The translations under genes were made by a program, and so were the position numbers. From a virus (Duplodnaviria; Caudoviricetes), in IMG/VR virus record IMGVR_UViG_3300032897_000025, positions 1-26,701 of that record: DNA of 26,701 nt; one strand, written 5' to 3'. Under the pieces are notes generated by a model. That model searched no databases, was not told where the DNA came from, and worked only from the letters and a program-made list of their open reading frames with translations. Below, in pieces: positions 8,805-16,820 of the stretch. How positions within the stretch are numbered: position 1 is the first letter of the stretch; every line of letters begins with the position of its first letter.

Positions 8805-9017
8805 ATGCCGAAGGTCAGGATACCCAAAGAGCTGCAGCGCATCTACAAGATCGCGGTAAAGCAAGGCTGGACGGTTGAGATCCGCCACAGCGGTCACATG
8901 AAGTGGGAAAGCCCGGCCGGGGCGCCTGTCTTCACCGCGAGCACGCCGTCCGACCCGCGTGGGATCAAGAACCACATCGCCCGGTTGAAGAACGCCGGCC
9001 TCGTCATCGACGCCTGA
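8805..9017 (+). CDS. HicA-like mRNA interferase
   Basis: QGWTVEIRHSGHMKWESPAG...STPSD.R...IARLK..G, the HicA-fold pattern seen in actinophages. Confidence 0.75.
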   Translation: MPKVRIPKELQRIYKIAVKQGWTVEIRHSGHMKWESPAGAPVFTASTPSDPRGIKNHIARLKNAGLVIDA

Positions 9018-9028
9018 AAGGCAGTACC

Positions 9029-9307
9029 GTGAAGAGCGTTTTCATCGCTATCCCAGTCGGCCGAGTGGCCGACTGGGATGCCGTCAATGAAGCCACCCAC
9101 ATGATGACACTTAATAAGTTCATCATGAATATTTTCGCGTGCGTTTTCCTCACGCTCACTGAAATCGCCGGCAGTGACTTGACGTGGGCCATCATCGACG
9201 CCAATGCAGGCATCGTCCAGTTCGACGGCTCGGACGTTGACGTCAGCCTGATCGCCGAAGCAGCTGCCGGTTTCGGCTGCACGATCGTAAGTGAAACCAC
9301 GGTATAG
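9029..9307 (+). CDS. Hypothetical protein
   Basis: GTG after GAAAGG; in frame with ORF 8903..9307. Confidence 0.6.
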   Translation: MKSVFIAIPVGRVADWDAVNEATHMMTLNKFIMNIFACVFLTLTEIAGSDLTWAIIDANAGIVQFDGSDVDVSLIAEAAAGFGCTIVSETTV

Positions 9308-9316
9308 GAGGCTGCG

Positions 9317-9502
9317 ATGAGCAAGAACGCCGCAGAGCTTCTCAAGAAGCTCCAAGAACTGCAGGCACGCGGCATTGACTTGGATAAGACGGTGCTCGTC
9401 GTCGGCACCGGCTGCTGTGGCGGTGACTGGGACGGTGCCATCGAGGTAGGGAGTGCTGACGAGCTCGGCAGCAGGTGCATCGAGATCTACGGCGACTGCT
9501 GA
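9317..9502 (+). CDS. Small hypothetical protein
   Basis: AGGAGG RBS overlapping the previous stop. Confidence 0.7.
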   Translation: MSKNAAELLKKLQELQARGIDLDKTVLVVGTGCCGGDWDGAIEVGSADELGSRCIEIYGDC

Positions 9503-9512
9503 GCCCGCCAGT

Positions 9513-9550
9513 GCTGAAGCCGGCCAGCGCGAAAGCCGGCCGGCTTCAGC
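9513..9550. terminator. Hairpin between convergent genes
   Basis: GCTGAAGCCGGCC...GGCCGGCTTCAGC 13-bp stem. Confidence 0.65.
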
Positions 9551-9556
9551 GTGCTC

Positions 9557-10000
9557 TCAGCTCGTGCCGGTACCGCCGATCTTGCCTGGCAGCGCGTCGA
9601 TCGCATCCAGTACCGTCCGGATGCCGCCTTGCGTGCGCTCATCCAGGCGGTCAACGATGACTTCGGTGTCTTCGAAGGTCTTCGCCGCGCGAGCGTCTGA
9701 AGCTGCAGACTGGATGTTCTGCCCGACGATGATGACCGACAGCAAGACCAGCTGCAAGAACGTCTGCGCGATCCACTGGACGTCAGCGATGATGCTGTGC
9801 AGCGCCAGCGTGCTCGGCAAGCTGGTCAGCGCGATGCCACAGAACACGTAAGCGCACCACATCGAGCCGACCATCGAGGTGATCTTGACGGCGAGCCAGG
9901 AATTGAACTGCGCCGCCCGGTGGCTGCTCGGCAGATGGTTTACTACCTTGGCATGAACAGGCTGGCCGTTGCGCGTCCAGCCATACTGCGGCTCAATCAT
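9557..10000 (-). CDS. DUF1003-like membrane protein
   Basis: LAVKITSMVGSMW...QLVLLSVIIVGQN pattern; GGAGG RBS. Confidence 0.75.
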   Translation of the reverse strand: MIEPQYGWTRNGQPVHAKVVNHLPSSHRAAQFNSWLAVKITSMVGSMWCAYVFCGIALTSLPSTLALHSIIADVQWIAQTFLQLVLLSVIIVGQNIQSAASDARAAKTFEDTEVIVDRLDERTQGGIRTVLDAIDALPGKIGGTGTS

Positions 10001-10028
10001 CGCTCGCCTCCTGCGGCTTCAGCAGATC

Positions 10029-10580
10029 TCAGATGCTCGGCACCTCGGCGAGCTCTTCTTCGAGGCCGGCGTCGCGGCTGGCAGCTGCCTTTATCACGCG
10101 TGGCTGCCGCGGCTGCCGCGTGACTCGTTCCGGCTTCTCAGCGCGCGCAAGTGCCGGCGCGGCACTCATGCTGGCACCGCACTCCGCGCAGAACTTGGCC
10201 GTCGGGAAATTTTCATGACCGGCAGCGCACTTGACCGTGCCTCGGCCTTCGGCCTGGCCGGTGATCTCACCGAGGAACTCAGCGACCGGCAGGCCGGCGA
10301 TCTTCGCCAGCGCCAGCGCCATGAGATCCTCTCGGCTGCGCGTGGTGCTCTTCTGAGCGTTGTCACGCGCCAGGTCTTCATCGGGAGTCGACGGCACATC
10401 AGCGGTGGTAGCGGACCACAGTGGGTCCTTCAGAAGATATGGTTCGCATTGCGGGCACGTCAGTGCCCACAGCCGAGCGGGAGCGCCGTTCACGACCGGT
10501 CGAGTGTGGACTTGGCCACACCCTCGGTGAGAACGGCTCACAGTGACGCTAACCACGTCACTGCGGGCATAAGCAGTCAC
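10029..10580 (-). CDS. Zn-ribbon-containing hypothetical protein
   Basis: CPQC and CAAGH...FCAECG; AGGAGG before GTG 10580. Confidence 0.7.
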   Translation of the reverse strand: MTAYARSDVVSVTVSRSHRGCGQVHTRPVVNGAPARLWALTCPQCEPYLLKDPLWSATTADVPSTPDEDLARDNAQKSTTRSREDLMALALAKIAGLPVAEFLGEITGQAEGRGTVKCAAGHENFPTAKFCAECGASMSAAPALARAEKPERVTRQPRQPRVIKAAASRDAGLEEELAEVPSI

Positions 10581-10615
10581 AAAACCTCCTGAGATGGTGT
10601 ACTTCACCAGAGTAC

Positions 10616-10663
10616 TGTGGTATGATGTTACCAGCAGCGAGAACGAGGAACGGAGAATGAGCG
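10616..10663 (+). promoter_or_regulatory. Cassette promoter/leader copy 5
   Basis: TGTGGTATGAT-GTTACCAGCAGCGAGAACGAGGAACGGAGAATGAGCG. Confidence 0.8.
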
Positions 10664-10885
10664 ATGATGACGCCGGAGAAGATCAACGAGCTGATCGAGG
10701 CTGCTGAACGCTCTCTTGACAACCGAGAAACCGATCTCGACGTATTCGAGCGAGAGATCGGTAGCTTGCGCGATCAGCTGCGCACGCGAGAGCGCTGGGC
10801 GGCACTTGCCAAGACCGATATCCGGGAGCTTCGCGAGCAGCTGGAGATCCTGCGGCTGGCTCAAGAGACCGCGATCAGGAACTGA
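10664..10885 (+). CDS. Small coiled-coil protein
   Basis: Heptad-like E/R/L-rich helix; follows promoter/leader. Confidence 0.7.
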   Translation: MMTPEKINELIEAAERSLDNRETDLDVFEREIGSLRDQLRTRERWAALAKTDIRELREQLEILRLAQETAIRN

Positions 10886-10900
10886 GAAGAGGAGACCACG

Positions 10901-11290
10901 ATGGCAGACTTCGGCACCGTTGTCAAGTACGACTCCGGGCAGCCACGCGTGCGGCCCGCAACCACCGTTGAGTGGGCTAAGAGCGCGATGATGCTCAACA
11001 GCACCGCTCCCGGGCACGAGAACCGGACGTTCCACGACGAGAACAACGTGGTCGTCTACGTGGACGGTGGACCGGACATGCTCGTCACTGACGACGACCT
11101 GATCGACCTGGCACACGAGTCCGCAGCTTGCGGCGACGCCGCGATGAAGAACAAGGCGCTGGCCGCGCTGGACGGTGAGGAAATCGCTCGCACCGAGTGC
11201 GTTTCTATCATCCTCGGACAGCGGATTTCTGAGGCTCTCAAGGTAACGATCACGCTCTCAGGCTGGCAGCAGCCTGAGAGCGTGGTATAA
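10901..11290 (+). CDS. Hypothetical protein
   Basis: GAGGAG RBS; its stop TAA lies inside the next promoter (GTGGTATAAT). Confidence 0.7.
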   Translation: MADFGTVVKYDSGQPRVRPATTVEWAKSAMMLNSTAPGHENRTFHDENNVVVYVDGGPDMLVTDDDLIDLAHESAACGDAAMKNKALAALDGEEIARTECVSIILGQRISEALKVTITLSGWQQPESVV

Positions 11291-11325
11291 TTATCCCAAC
11301 AGCAGGAACCAGGAATGGAGACCGG
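11281..11325 (+). promoter_or_regulatory. Cassette promoter/leader copy 6
   Basis: CGTGGTATAAT-TATCCCAACAGCAGGAACCAGGAATGGAGACCGG. Confidence 0.85.
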
Positions 11326-11679
11326 ATGAGCACGAGCACTGAAGTCCAGGCCAGGCAGGCACCCGCGCCGCTGCCGATCCCGGCAGAGGACCCGAAGACG
11401 CTTCTGGAGCGCGTTCAGGCGCTGTACGCCAAGGTCGTGAAGGGCAAGACGGCCGAGGTCGACCCGCATCTGGTCGAAGTTCGCGAGTTTGCCAAGCACG
11501 CGATCGAGTACTGGGAGCAGCAGCGGGCGATCGCCAACTTCGAGATCCAGCGCCAGCTAGGTGACGCCGAGATCGCGACCGTCGGCGGCATCCCGGTTGC
11601 CAAGCGGCTCCAGCACCCGGTCAAGGGATTCTGGGTCGAGCCCAGCGAGCGCGACTACCTCAAGAGCACCAAGAAGTAG
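11326..11679 (+). CDS. Hypothetical protein
   Basis: ATG after GGAGA; GC3-rich codons; hairpin follows. Confidence 0.75.
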   Translation: MSTSTEVQARQAPAPLPIPAEDPKTLLERVQALYAKVVKGKTAEVDPHLVEVREFAKHAIEYWEQQRAIANFEIQRQLGDAEIATVGGIPVAKRLQHPVKGFWVEPSERDYLKSTKK

Positions 11680-11682
11680 ATC

Positions 11683-11725
11683 ACGCCGGAAGCCCGGCAG
11701 CTTTACGCTGCCGGGCTTCCGGCGT
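11683..11725. terminator. Perfect 19-bp hairpin between convergent genes
   Basis: ACGCCGGAAGCCCGGCAGC-TTTAC-GCTGCCGGGCTTCCGGCGT. Confidence 0.75.
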
Positions 11726-11996
11726 TCTCAGGCCGCGTCTCAGCCCCGCACTTCGGGCACTCGAGCGACCATGCCTGCCACAGTCGCTTGCAGCCGGCAC
11801 ACCAGCGGCCGGCTTTCGTCCCGAGCCGATGTGACTGGCTCGTGATGAGGCCGATGGTGTTGTGTGCCGACTTCTTCAACCGTGCGGCGTGGTGGTCCTC
11901 AAGAGTGATGGTGCCGTTGGAGTTCGGCCGCAGCGTCTCACGGCTCGCCGTCGTGAAGCCCTGGCAGCCAGGCGGCAGCGTAAACGTCTCACTCAT
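11703..11996 (-). CDS. Small Zn-finger protein
   Basis: CAGC...CPKCG; GAGG RBS. Confidence 0.7.
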   Translation of the reverse strand: MSETFTLPPGCQGFTTASRETLRPNSNGTITLEDHHAARLKKSAHNTIGLITSQSHRLGTKAGRWCAGCKRLWQAWSLECPKCGAETRPENAGSPAA

Positions 11997-12004
11997 GCGA
12001 CCTC

Positions 12005-12274
12005 TTACTGCGTTGTTGAGAGAAAATAGCTGATGTTACCGGAACCACTCAACACCGCACCATACAGTGACGCTCCCGCAGAGCCGGGAAAGCCGCCGAA
12101 CGATACGGTGCTGTTCGCTCCGATGATGGCCCCGTTCGAGAACGTTACCGCGGTGCCGGTGCCGATGGCAACCGCGGTGCCGCCGGTAGAAAGCGCCAGC
12201 GCAAACGAGCCGGACGGTACTCGGCAGATGAATGTCGCAGTAGTGCTCGCCAGTGCCTGGCCGAACGACAGCAC
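12005..12274 (-). CDS. Small beta-rich virion/decoration-like protein (paralog 3)
   Basis: G/T/S/A-rich; AIG....VT.SNG..I motif shared with neighbours. Confidence 0.6.
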   Translation of the reverse strand: MLSFGQALASTTATFICRVPSGSFALALSTGGTAVAIGTGTAVTFSNGAIIGANSTVSFGGFPGSAGASLYGAVLSGSGNISYFLSTTQ

Positions 12275-12275
12275 T

Positions 12276-12770
12276 CTACCGCGTCCCAGCCAGGATGTTC
12301 AGTGACGTTCCGAGTGGTGCGCTTACCAGCGCAAGAGCCTCACCGCTCACGTGCGCGAACCGGAGGCCACTGGTGAAGACGACGGCGGTGCCACTCGGGA
12401 TGGTGCCGATCACCGCCGTTTCCGCGGCGCTGCCGGTGCCGATCTGCAAGACGTTCCCGGCGGAGTAGCCGCTGGTCGACGCCGCGTTAACGGTGCCGGC
12501 ACCTTGCGCGGCGTCAAGGCCGAGCGTCGTCGCCGTGCCGAGAGTTCCCGCAGCCGCGACCGCCCAGATGCCGGCAGACGCGAACGGCAGGTCAAATCCC
12601 TGCTGCGGCGGCAGCAGGAAGCCGGTTGCCGCGGTGACGGCGGCACTGCCCAAGTAAGCCGGCTGGCTGCCGTTGTTGAACAGAGTGACGTTGGGAGTCC
12701 CGACAGTGGCAGGCGTGTAGACTTGCGTCGCGACTCCGCTGACCGGGACACTGGTGGGCTGGACTGCCAT
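12276..12770 (-). CDS. Beta-rich virion/decoration-like protein (paralog 2) with extra domain
   Basis: VTLFNNGSQPAYLG...GIWAV; GAGGAG RBS. Confidence 0.7.
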   Translation of the reverse strand: MAVQPTSVPVSGVATQVYTPATVGTPNVTLFNNGSQPAYLGSAAVTAATGFLLPPQQGFDLPFASAGIWAVAAAGTLGTATTLGLDAAQGAGTVNAASTSGYSAGNVLQIGTGSAAETAVIGTIPSGTAVVFTSGLRFAHVSGEALALVSAPLGTSLNILAGTR

Positions 12771-12788
12771 GCCGGTCTCCTCTCTGAG

Positions 12789-13103
12789 TTAGTCGACGGT
12801 GCTGAGCGTCGACAGGCCCGCGATGATGGTGGTCGTCAGGCTGGCGGTGACCGCGTACAGGTTGATGGCCGGCCCCTCGAGCAGAAGCTGGCCGCCGGGG
12901 GCCAGTGTGAGGCTCGCCGCCGACGTGGCGGTGCCGCCGGTGCCGCCACCGATGTAAGCGGTGACTGTGCCGGCGTTGAAGAGCGTGACGTTCCGCAATG
13001 TGCCGGTCAGGCCGGTCGCGGTGGTGTTGAAGACCGGGACGGTACCGCTAGCCGTGCCGACCACGGTGGTCTGCGTGCCGGGACCGTTGGCGAAGATGGC
13101 CAT
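12789..13103 (-). CDS. Beta-rich virion/decoration-like protein (paralog 1)
   Basis: VTLFNAGTVTAYIG...NLYAV; AAAGGA RBS. Confidence 0.7.
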   Translation of the reverse strand: MAIFANGPGTQTTVVGTASGTVPVFNTTATGLTGTLRNVTLFNAGTVTAYIGGGTGGTATSAASLTLAPGGQLLLEGPAINLYAVTASLTTTIIAGLSTLSTVD

Positions 13104-13144
13104 CAGGCCGTCCTTTCGAAGTTGCCGTTGCAGTCAGCCTGAGA

Positions 13145-13192
13145 TGTGGTATAATTAACACAGCACAGGAGATCAGAGAAGTGGAGAGTGAG
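13145..13192 (+). promoter_or_regulatory. Cassette promoter/leader copy 7
   Basis: TGTGGTATAAT-TAACACAGCACAGGAGATCAGAGAAGTGGAGAGTGAG; preceded by CAGCCTGAGA as in copy 6. Confidence 0.85.
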
Positions 13193-13681
13193 ATGGGTTA
13201 CACGACTACGTTCACCGGCAGCATCCGAGTGGAGCCGGCGCTGACGACCGCGGAAGCGCAGTTCCTGCTGGACTTCTCGCGAAGTGATCACGATGGTGAG
13301 CCGAAGGCACCGGGCAAGCACTGTGACTGGGTGCCGGCCGAGCCCGTCCTCGACGGCTTCGGTTTCGCCACGATCGAGCACAACGGCAGTGAGAAGTCCT
13401 ATGACGCCGTCGAGTGGCTGCAGTTTCTCATCGATGAGTTCCTCAAGCCGGGGTCGAGTGGCGGCCCGCAAGGTGGGCTGCTGACCCGCGATCACGTGCT
13501 AGATGGCGTGATCGAAGCGAATGGTGAGGAACACGGCGACTACTGGCGGCTCGTGGTGAAGAGCAACGCCGTCACCCGAGAGGAACCGATCACGATCTGG
13601 GCGAGCGACAACGTACAGCAGCCGGTGATCGTGCCGGGTGAGATCGTCCGCGACCAGTGGTTTTTCGAAACCCGGCGCTGA
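13193..13681 (+). CDS. Conserved phage hypothetical protein (MGYTT.F.G...EKSY...EWL.FLI family)
   Basis: Pattern recognised from phage proteins of unknown function; ATG after GGAGAG. Confidence 0.75.
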   Translation: MGYTTTFTGSIRVEPALTTAEAQFLLDFSRSDHDGEPKAPGKHCDWVPAEPVLDGFGFATIEHNGSEKSYDAVEWLQFLIDEFLKPGSSGGPQGGLLTRDHVLDGVIEANGEEHGDYWRLVVKSNAVTREEPITIWASDNVQQPVIVPGEIVRDQWFFETRR

Positions 13682-13690
13682 AGAGCACTC

Positions 13691-13930
13691 ATGGAGTCGC
13701 GGCCGCCGGAAGCGCTGGCGATGATGCCGGCTTCCAGTGACCTGGAGGTGGCGAAGGCGGCGCTGAGGCGAAGCCAGTACCTGAAGTCACTGTCGAATGA
13801 CGTGATGTCGTTCACCGGCATCAAAGACGCCATCGGCTCGCTGTGGCTCGCAGAACTGCAGCAAGAGCGACGCTACCTGGCGGCCGAGGCTGACCTGGCG
13901 CTGCTGGCACACCGAGGCAGGCTGCAGTGA
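13691..13930 (+). CDS. Hypothetical protein
   Basis: ORF 9 nt after the previous stop; exact start uncertain. Confidence 0.5.
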   Translation: MESRPPEALAMMPASSDLEVAKAALRRSQYLKSLSNDVMSFTGIKDAIGSLWLAELQQERRYLAAEADLALLAHRGRLQ

Positions 13931-13979
13931 GCTGACGCCTTCTGCCGGCCCGTAACGAGTGAGTCAGGCCCTTGTCAAG

Positions 13980-14014
13980 AAGCCCCCGTGATGCCGAGCG
14001 TCGCGTGGGCTTTT
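13980..14014 (+). terminator. Possible intrinsic terminator
   Basis: AAGCCC...imperfect stem...GGGCTTTT between convergent genes. Confidence 0.5.
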
Positions 14015-14024
14015 CACACGATCC

Positions 14025-14258
14025 TCAAAGATTTACCGCGGCAGACCCTGGCGCACCCGCGGCGGTTTTGGTGAGCAGGCTCAACTGGCGCGCGACTCGG
14101 CCGTCTATCTCACTTTTCACCGAGTCAAGATCACCGAACAGTGATGAGACTGCAGCCGCTTTATTTCGCGTCTGCTGAGCGTGATCAAGACGACGATGGA
14201 AGACCAGGCCATTCGCGTCACCGGTAAGCCGGTCAACTGCTTCTGCCGTAGCCGTCAT
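14025..14258 (-). CDS. 77-aa protein paralogous to the N-terminus of the upstream ART
   Basis: ATGA overlap with ART stop; LFGDLDSVKSEIDGRVARQLSLLTK vs ART LFSDLDAVKCEIDDRLSQRLNELITK. Confidence 0.75.
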   Translation of the reverse strand: MTATAEAVDRLTGDANGLVFHRRLDHAQQTRNKAAAVSSLFGDLDSVKSEIDGRVARQLSLLTKTAAGAPGSAAVNL

Positions 14259-15280
14259 GCCAGGCGCTCCAGGTCGACCACGCCGTCAGGATCAGCACTC
14301 GTCACGCGATATCGCTGCCCGCGAGGGAGGATGATCTCTTTCACGCTGTTATCACCACGCATGGCATGATCTCCCTTCTTGACGCGAATCCGCATGACGA
14401 CCGGCTTGCCTCCGAACACCTTCGCCCCGTCAGCATCCAGCAACCCAGCGGGCGTCTTACCCGTAGCACGCATGTGAGCGAAATCTTCAGCGATCTTCCG
14501 GTCTTCAGAAGTGCTCATGTAACCGTGATCAGTAAACTCAGTACCGGGCGACAAATCCAAATGCTCCGGCAGTGCCATGCCGCGGTAGACGACACCGTCT
14601 TCATCAGCAGTGTGCTTGCTGATTGCGCTGTCAAGGTCATCGTGATGAGCCATCGGCTTCTGCCCGGCACGCAGCGAGTCATTGTACACGCGGTTGCCGG
14701 CCTCTGAAGTGTAGCCGTCGATGCTCATCCGCTCAGCTTGAGTGAGCGGCTTGTTCTTCTTTACCTGAAAACGCTTAGGCGCGGACTGCTTACGCCGTTC
14801 TGCATCTTCGGCTGCCTTTTCCTTCAGCCTGGCTTCGACCTCTTTGGAATCACCGCTGCTTCCCAAGATGCCGGCGGTGCCATTGGTGAATACGGCGTGC
14901 AAGTTACCATCGGCGTCAACATCGTCGATCATGCCGATACCGTGATCAGCGTGTGAGACGAGATCGTGCTTCTTGCCACACGGCGGGTTAACGCAAACCC
15001 AGCCGTGAATGTAGCCTTCTTTGCCAGCTTTCATCAGGCTCGGCACTGAAGCCTTGGTTATGAGCTCATTGAGCCGCTGGCTTAGCCGGTCATCTATCTC
15101 ACACTTAACGGCGTCAAGATCACTGAACAGCACTGGGATCATGGCCAGCTCACTCTGGCAAAGCAAAAGGCTGCAGCCTGAAGCACGACGGCTTGCGAGA
15201 TCCTCATGCGGCACCTTCCCGGTAAGCAGAGCAGCACCTAGCGCAAGATCAGGCGAAGAAACCAGTGCTGGCGCACTCAC
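14255..15280 (-). CDS. VIP2/C2-like (R-S-E clade) ADP-ribosyltransferase with GYIHGW motif
   Basis: YT....N..LR, LDSAI, VYRG, YMSTS, KEIILPRG; start GTG 15280 chosen by alignment to the downstream paralog (ORF open to 15409). Confidence 0.85.
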   Translation of the reverse strand: MSAPALVSSPDLALGAALLTGKVPHEDLASRRASGCSLLLCQSELAMIPVLFSDLDAVKCEIDDRLSQRLNELITKASVPSLMKAGKEGYIHGWVCVNPPCGKKHDLVSHADHGIGMIDDVDADGNLHAVFTNGTAGILGSSGDSKEVEARLKEKAAEDAERRKQSAPKRFQVKKNKPLTQAERMSIDGYTSEAGNRVYNDSLRAGQKPMAHHDDLDSAISKHTADEDGVVYRGMALPEHLDLSPGTEFTDHGYMSTSEDRKIAEDFAHMRATGKTPAGLLDADGAKVFGGKPVVMRIRVKKGDHAMRGDNSVKEIILPRGQRYRVTSADPDGVVDLERLA

Positions 15281-15285
15281 GTATG

Positions 15286-15321
15286 CGCCGCCAAGAGCGG
15301 CAAGAAGCGCTCTTGGCGGCG
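15286..15321. terminator. 14-bp hairpin downstream of the capsid gene
   Basis: CGCCGCCAAGAGCG-GCAAGAAG-CGCTCTTGGCGGCG. Confidence 0.6.
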
Positions 15322-15419
15322 AATACGCGTGAGAACAGTATCTCAATGAGCTTTCTGTGGCGCTGCTTTCACCATCCGGGACAGCGCCGTGAGAAGCCTG
15401 CCGGCGCAAGCTGGCACGG

Positions 15420-16521
15420 CTACTGGTATGGAGTGGTGTCGCTTACCTGAAGACCCTGGATGATGCCAGAGTAGAAAGGAGCGTACGCCACGAGGGCGCC
15501 GTAGAGGAACAGGCTGTACCGGTACGACGCGTCGATGACCGGCCACGCGATGGACACGTAGTCTTGGACGCAGGTCATTTCCCAGGCGTTGGCCACGTTG
15601 GTCCACGTCTGCGGGAGCTGGTAGGTCATGAGCATGGCCGTGCCTTGGGTAACCCAAGGGTGAACGGTCAGGTTCAAGACGGAGCGAGTGATCGGGTTCT
15701 GGAACTGCGAGACCGCGGCGCCGACTTTGACACCGCCGACGTCCGGCTGGTCGAGGAACAGCCGGTAATTGGTGGCAGCGCCCTGGCTGATAACGTCGCT
15801 CGAGAGGCGCATGATGTCGCCACCGTCGCCGACGATCTCAGCTGGGTCAGCTCGGAAGGCGCCCGGGTTCGTAAGCACGCTCTCCCACAGTGCGTCGAGC
15901 GCCGTGTAGATCGTGTTGTACGAGAGGTGCGTGCCGGCGGACGGCTGGTAGTAGCCGCCCTGCCAGCCCGACGGGTACACCGTGGAGGAAGCGGACTTCC
16001 CGGTCAGAACCGGGATGATGCCTTCCATGCGAGTGTTCGCGCCGGTGCCGGTGTCCGCGGCCGGCGAGTTGCCGGTCGTCGGGACGGTGCCCTGCAGCGT
16101 GTAGCGCTGGCCGCCGACACCCGTAGCCATCTTGTAGAGAGTGGTCCGGCCGTTGACGGTGCCGACGTAGATGTTGTACGACAGCGCACTGGTGCTCGGG
16201 GCGATCGTGACGTCGATGACCTGGCCGGCCGCCGGCGTCACGCTGGCCGCGGTGGACGCGACCGTCTCGCCGTAGTAGTTGGTAGCCGTCACCGTGACGT
16301 AGGTGAGCGACCCGGCCGTGGAGATGGCCGTCTCGTTGGACCCGGCGGTCCGCGCCGTGAGGGTTGGGGTACCGGGAGTCGCGAGGTTGACGGAAGAGTG
16401 AGCGAGCATCGCGTACTCTTCGCCGAGCATCATCTCCTGGAGGAGGATGAGCGAAGCGAGAGCAGACACGTCCTCGAAGCCCTGGCCGGCAAATTGCGCC
16501 AGCCAAGAAAGAGCCTCAGTG
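15420..16521 (-). CDS. Major capsid protein, exon 4
   Basis: Resumes C ACT GAG GCT (L-TEALSWLAQFAGQGFED), in frame with ORF 15420..16469. Confidence 0.85.
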
Positions 16522-16786
16522 CAGTTTGTTACTCATCACATCGTGATGGGCCAGGTCATTTCTGCCTGGCTCTTGCGGTTTGCCATCCCGCAAGGCCGGA
16601 CTGTCTCATGATCTGCGGCCGGCAGCTCGTAATGCTCCGAGCTTCCTTCCATATCACAGATCCCACGCGTACAGTCTCTGCACACCAGCGAGCATCGCTG
16701 GTGCTCAGGATTTGCCATTAACTGGAGGCATTCCCTGAACAGCGCGGTTTGCTCAACGCGTCGCCGCGTTGAGGGCCCAGTTGAAG
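16522..16786 (-). ncRNA. Group I intron 3 in MCP (265 nt, no ORF)
   Basis: 5' exon ends GGGCU pairing with GGCCC (U-G splice pair); GUUCAGGGAA/AAAUCCUGAG, GCAGAGACUG and GAGACAGUCC (P7); terminal G. Confidence 0.88.
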
Positions 16787-16813
16787 AGCCCGAAGAAACG
16801 GTATGGGACATTC
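16787..16813 (-). CDS. Major capsid protein, exon 3 (27-nt micro-exon)
   Basis: G AAT GTC CCA TAC CGT TTC TTC GGG CT = (L)NVPYRFFG(L); keeps frame at both junctions. Confidence 0.8.
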
Positions 16814-16820
16814 CAACTTG

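Noticed and set aside
290-13192. Leader repeats as a CRISPR array or integron attC sites
   Set aside because: Dispersed, degenerate and non-palindromic, with no regular spacers; they behave as promoter plus RBS.
16536-16811. 91-aa ORF here, and small ORFs at 17976..18158 and 18174..18362
   Set aside because: They lie in intron RNA or the wrong frame of exon 2.
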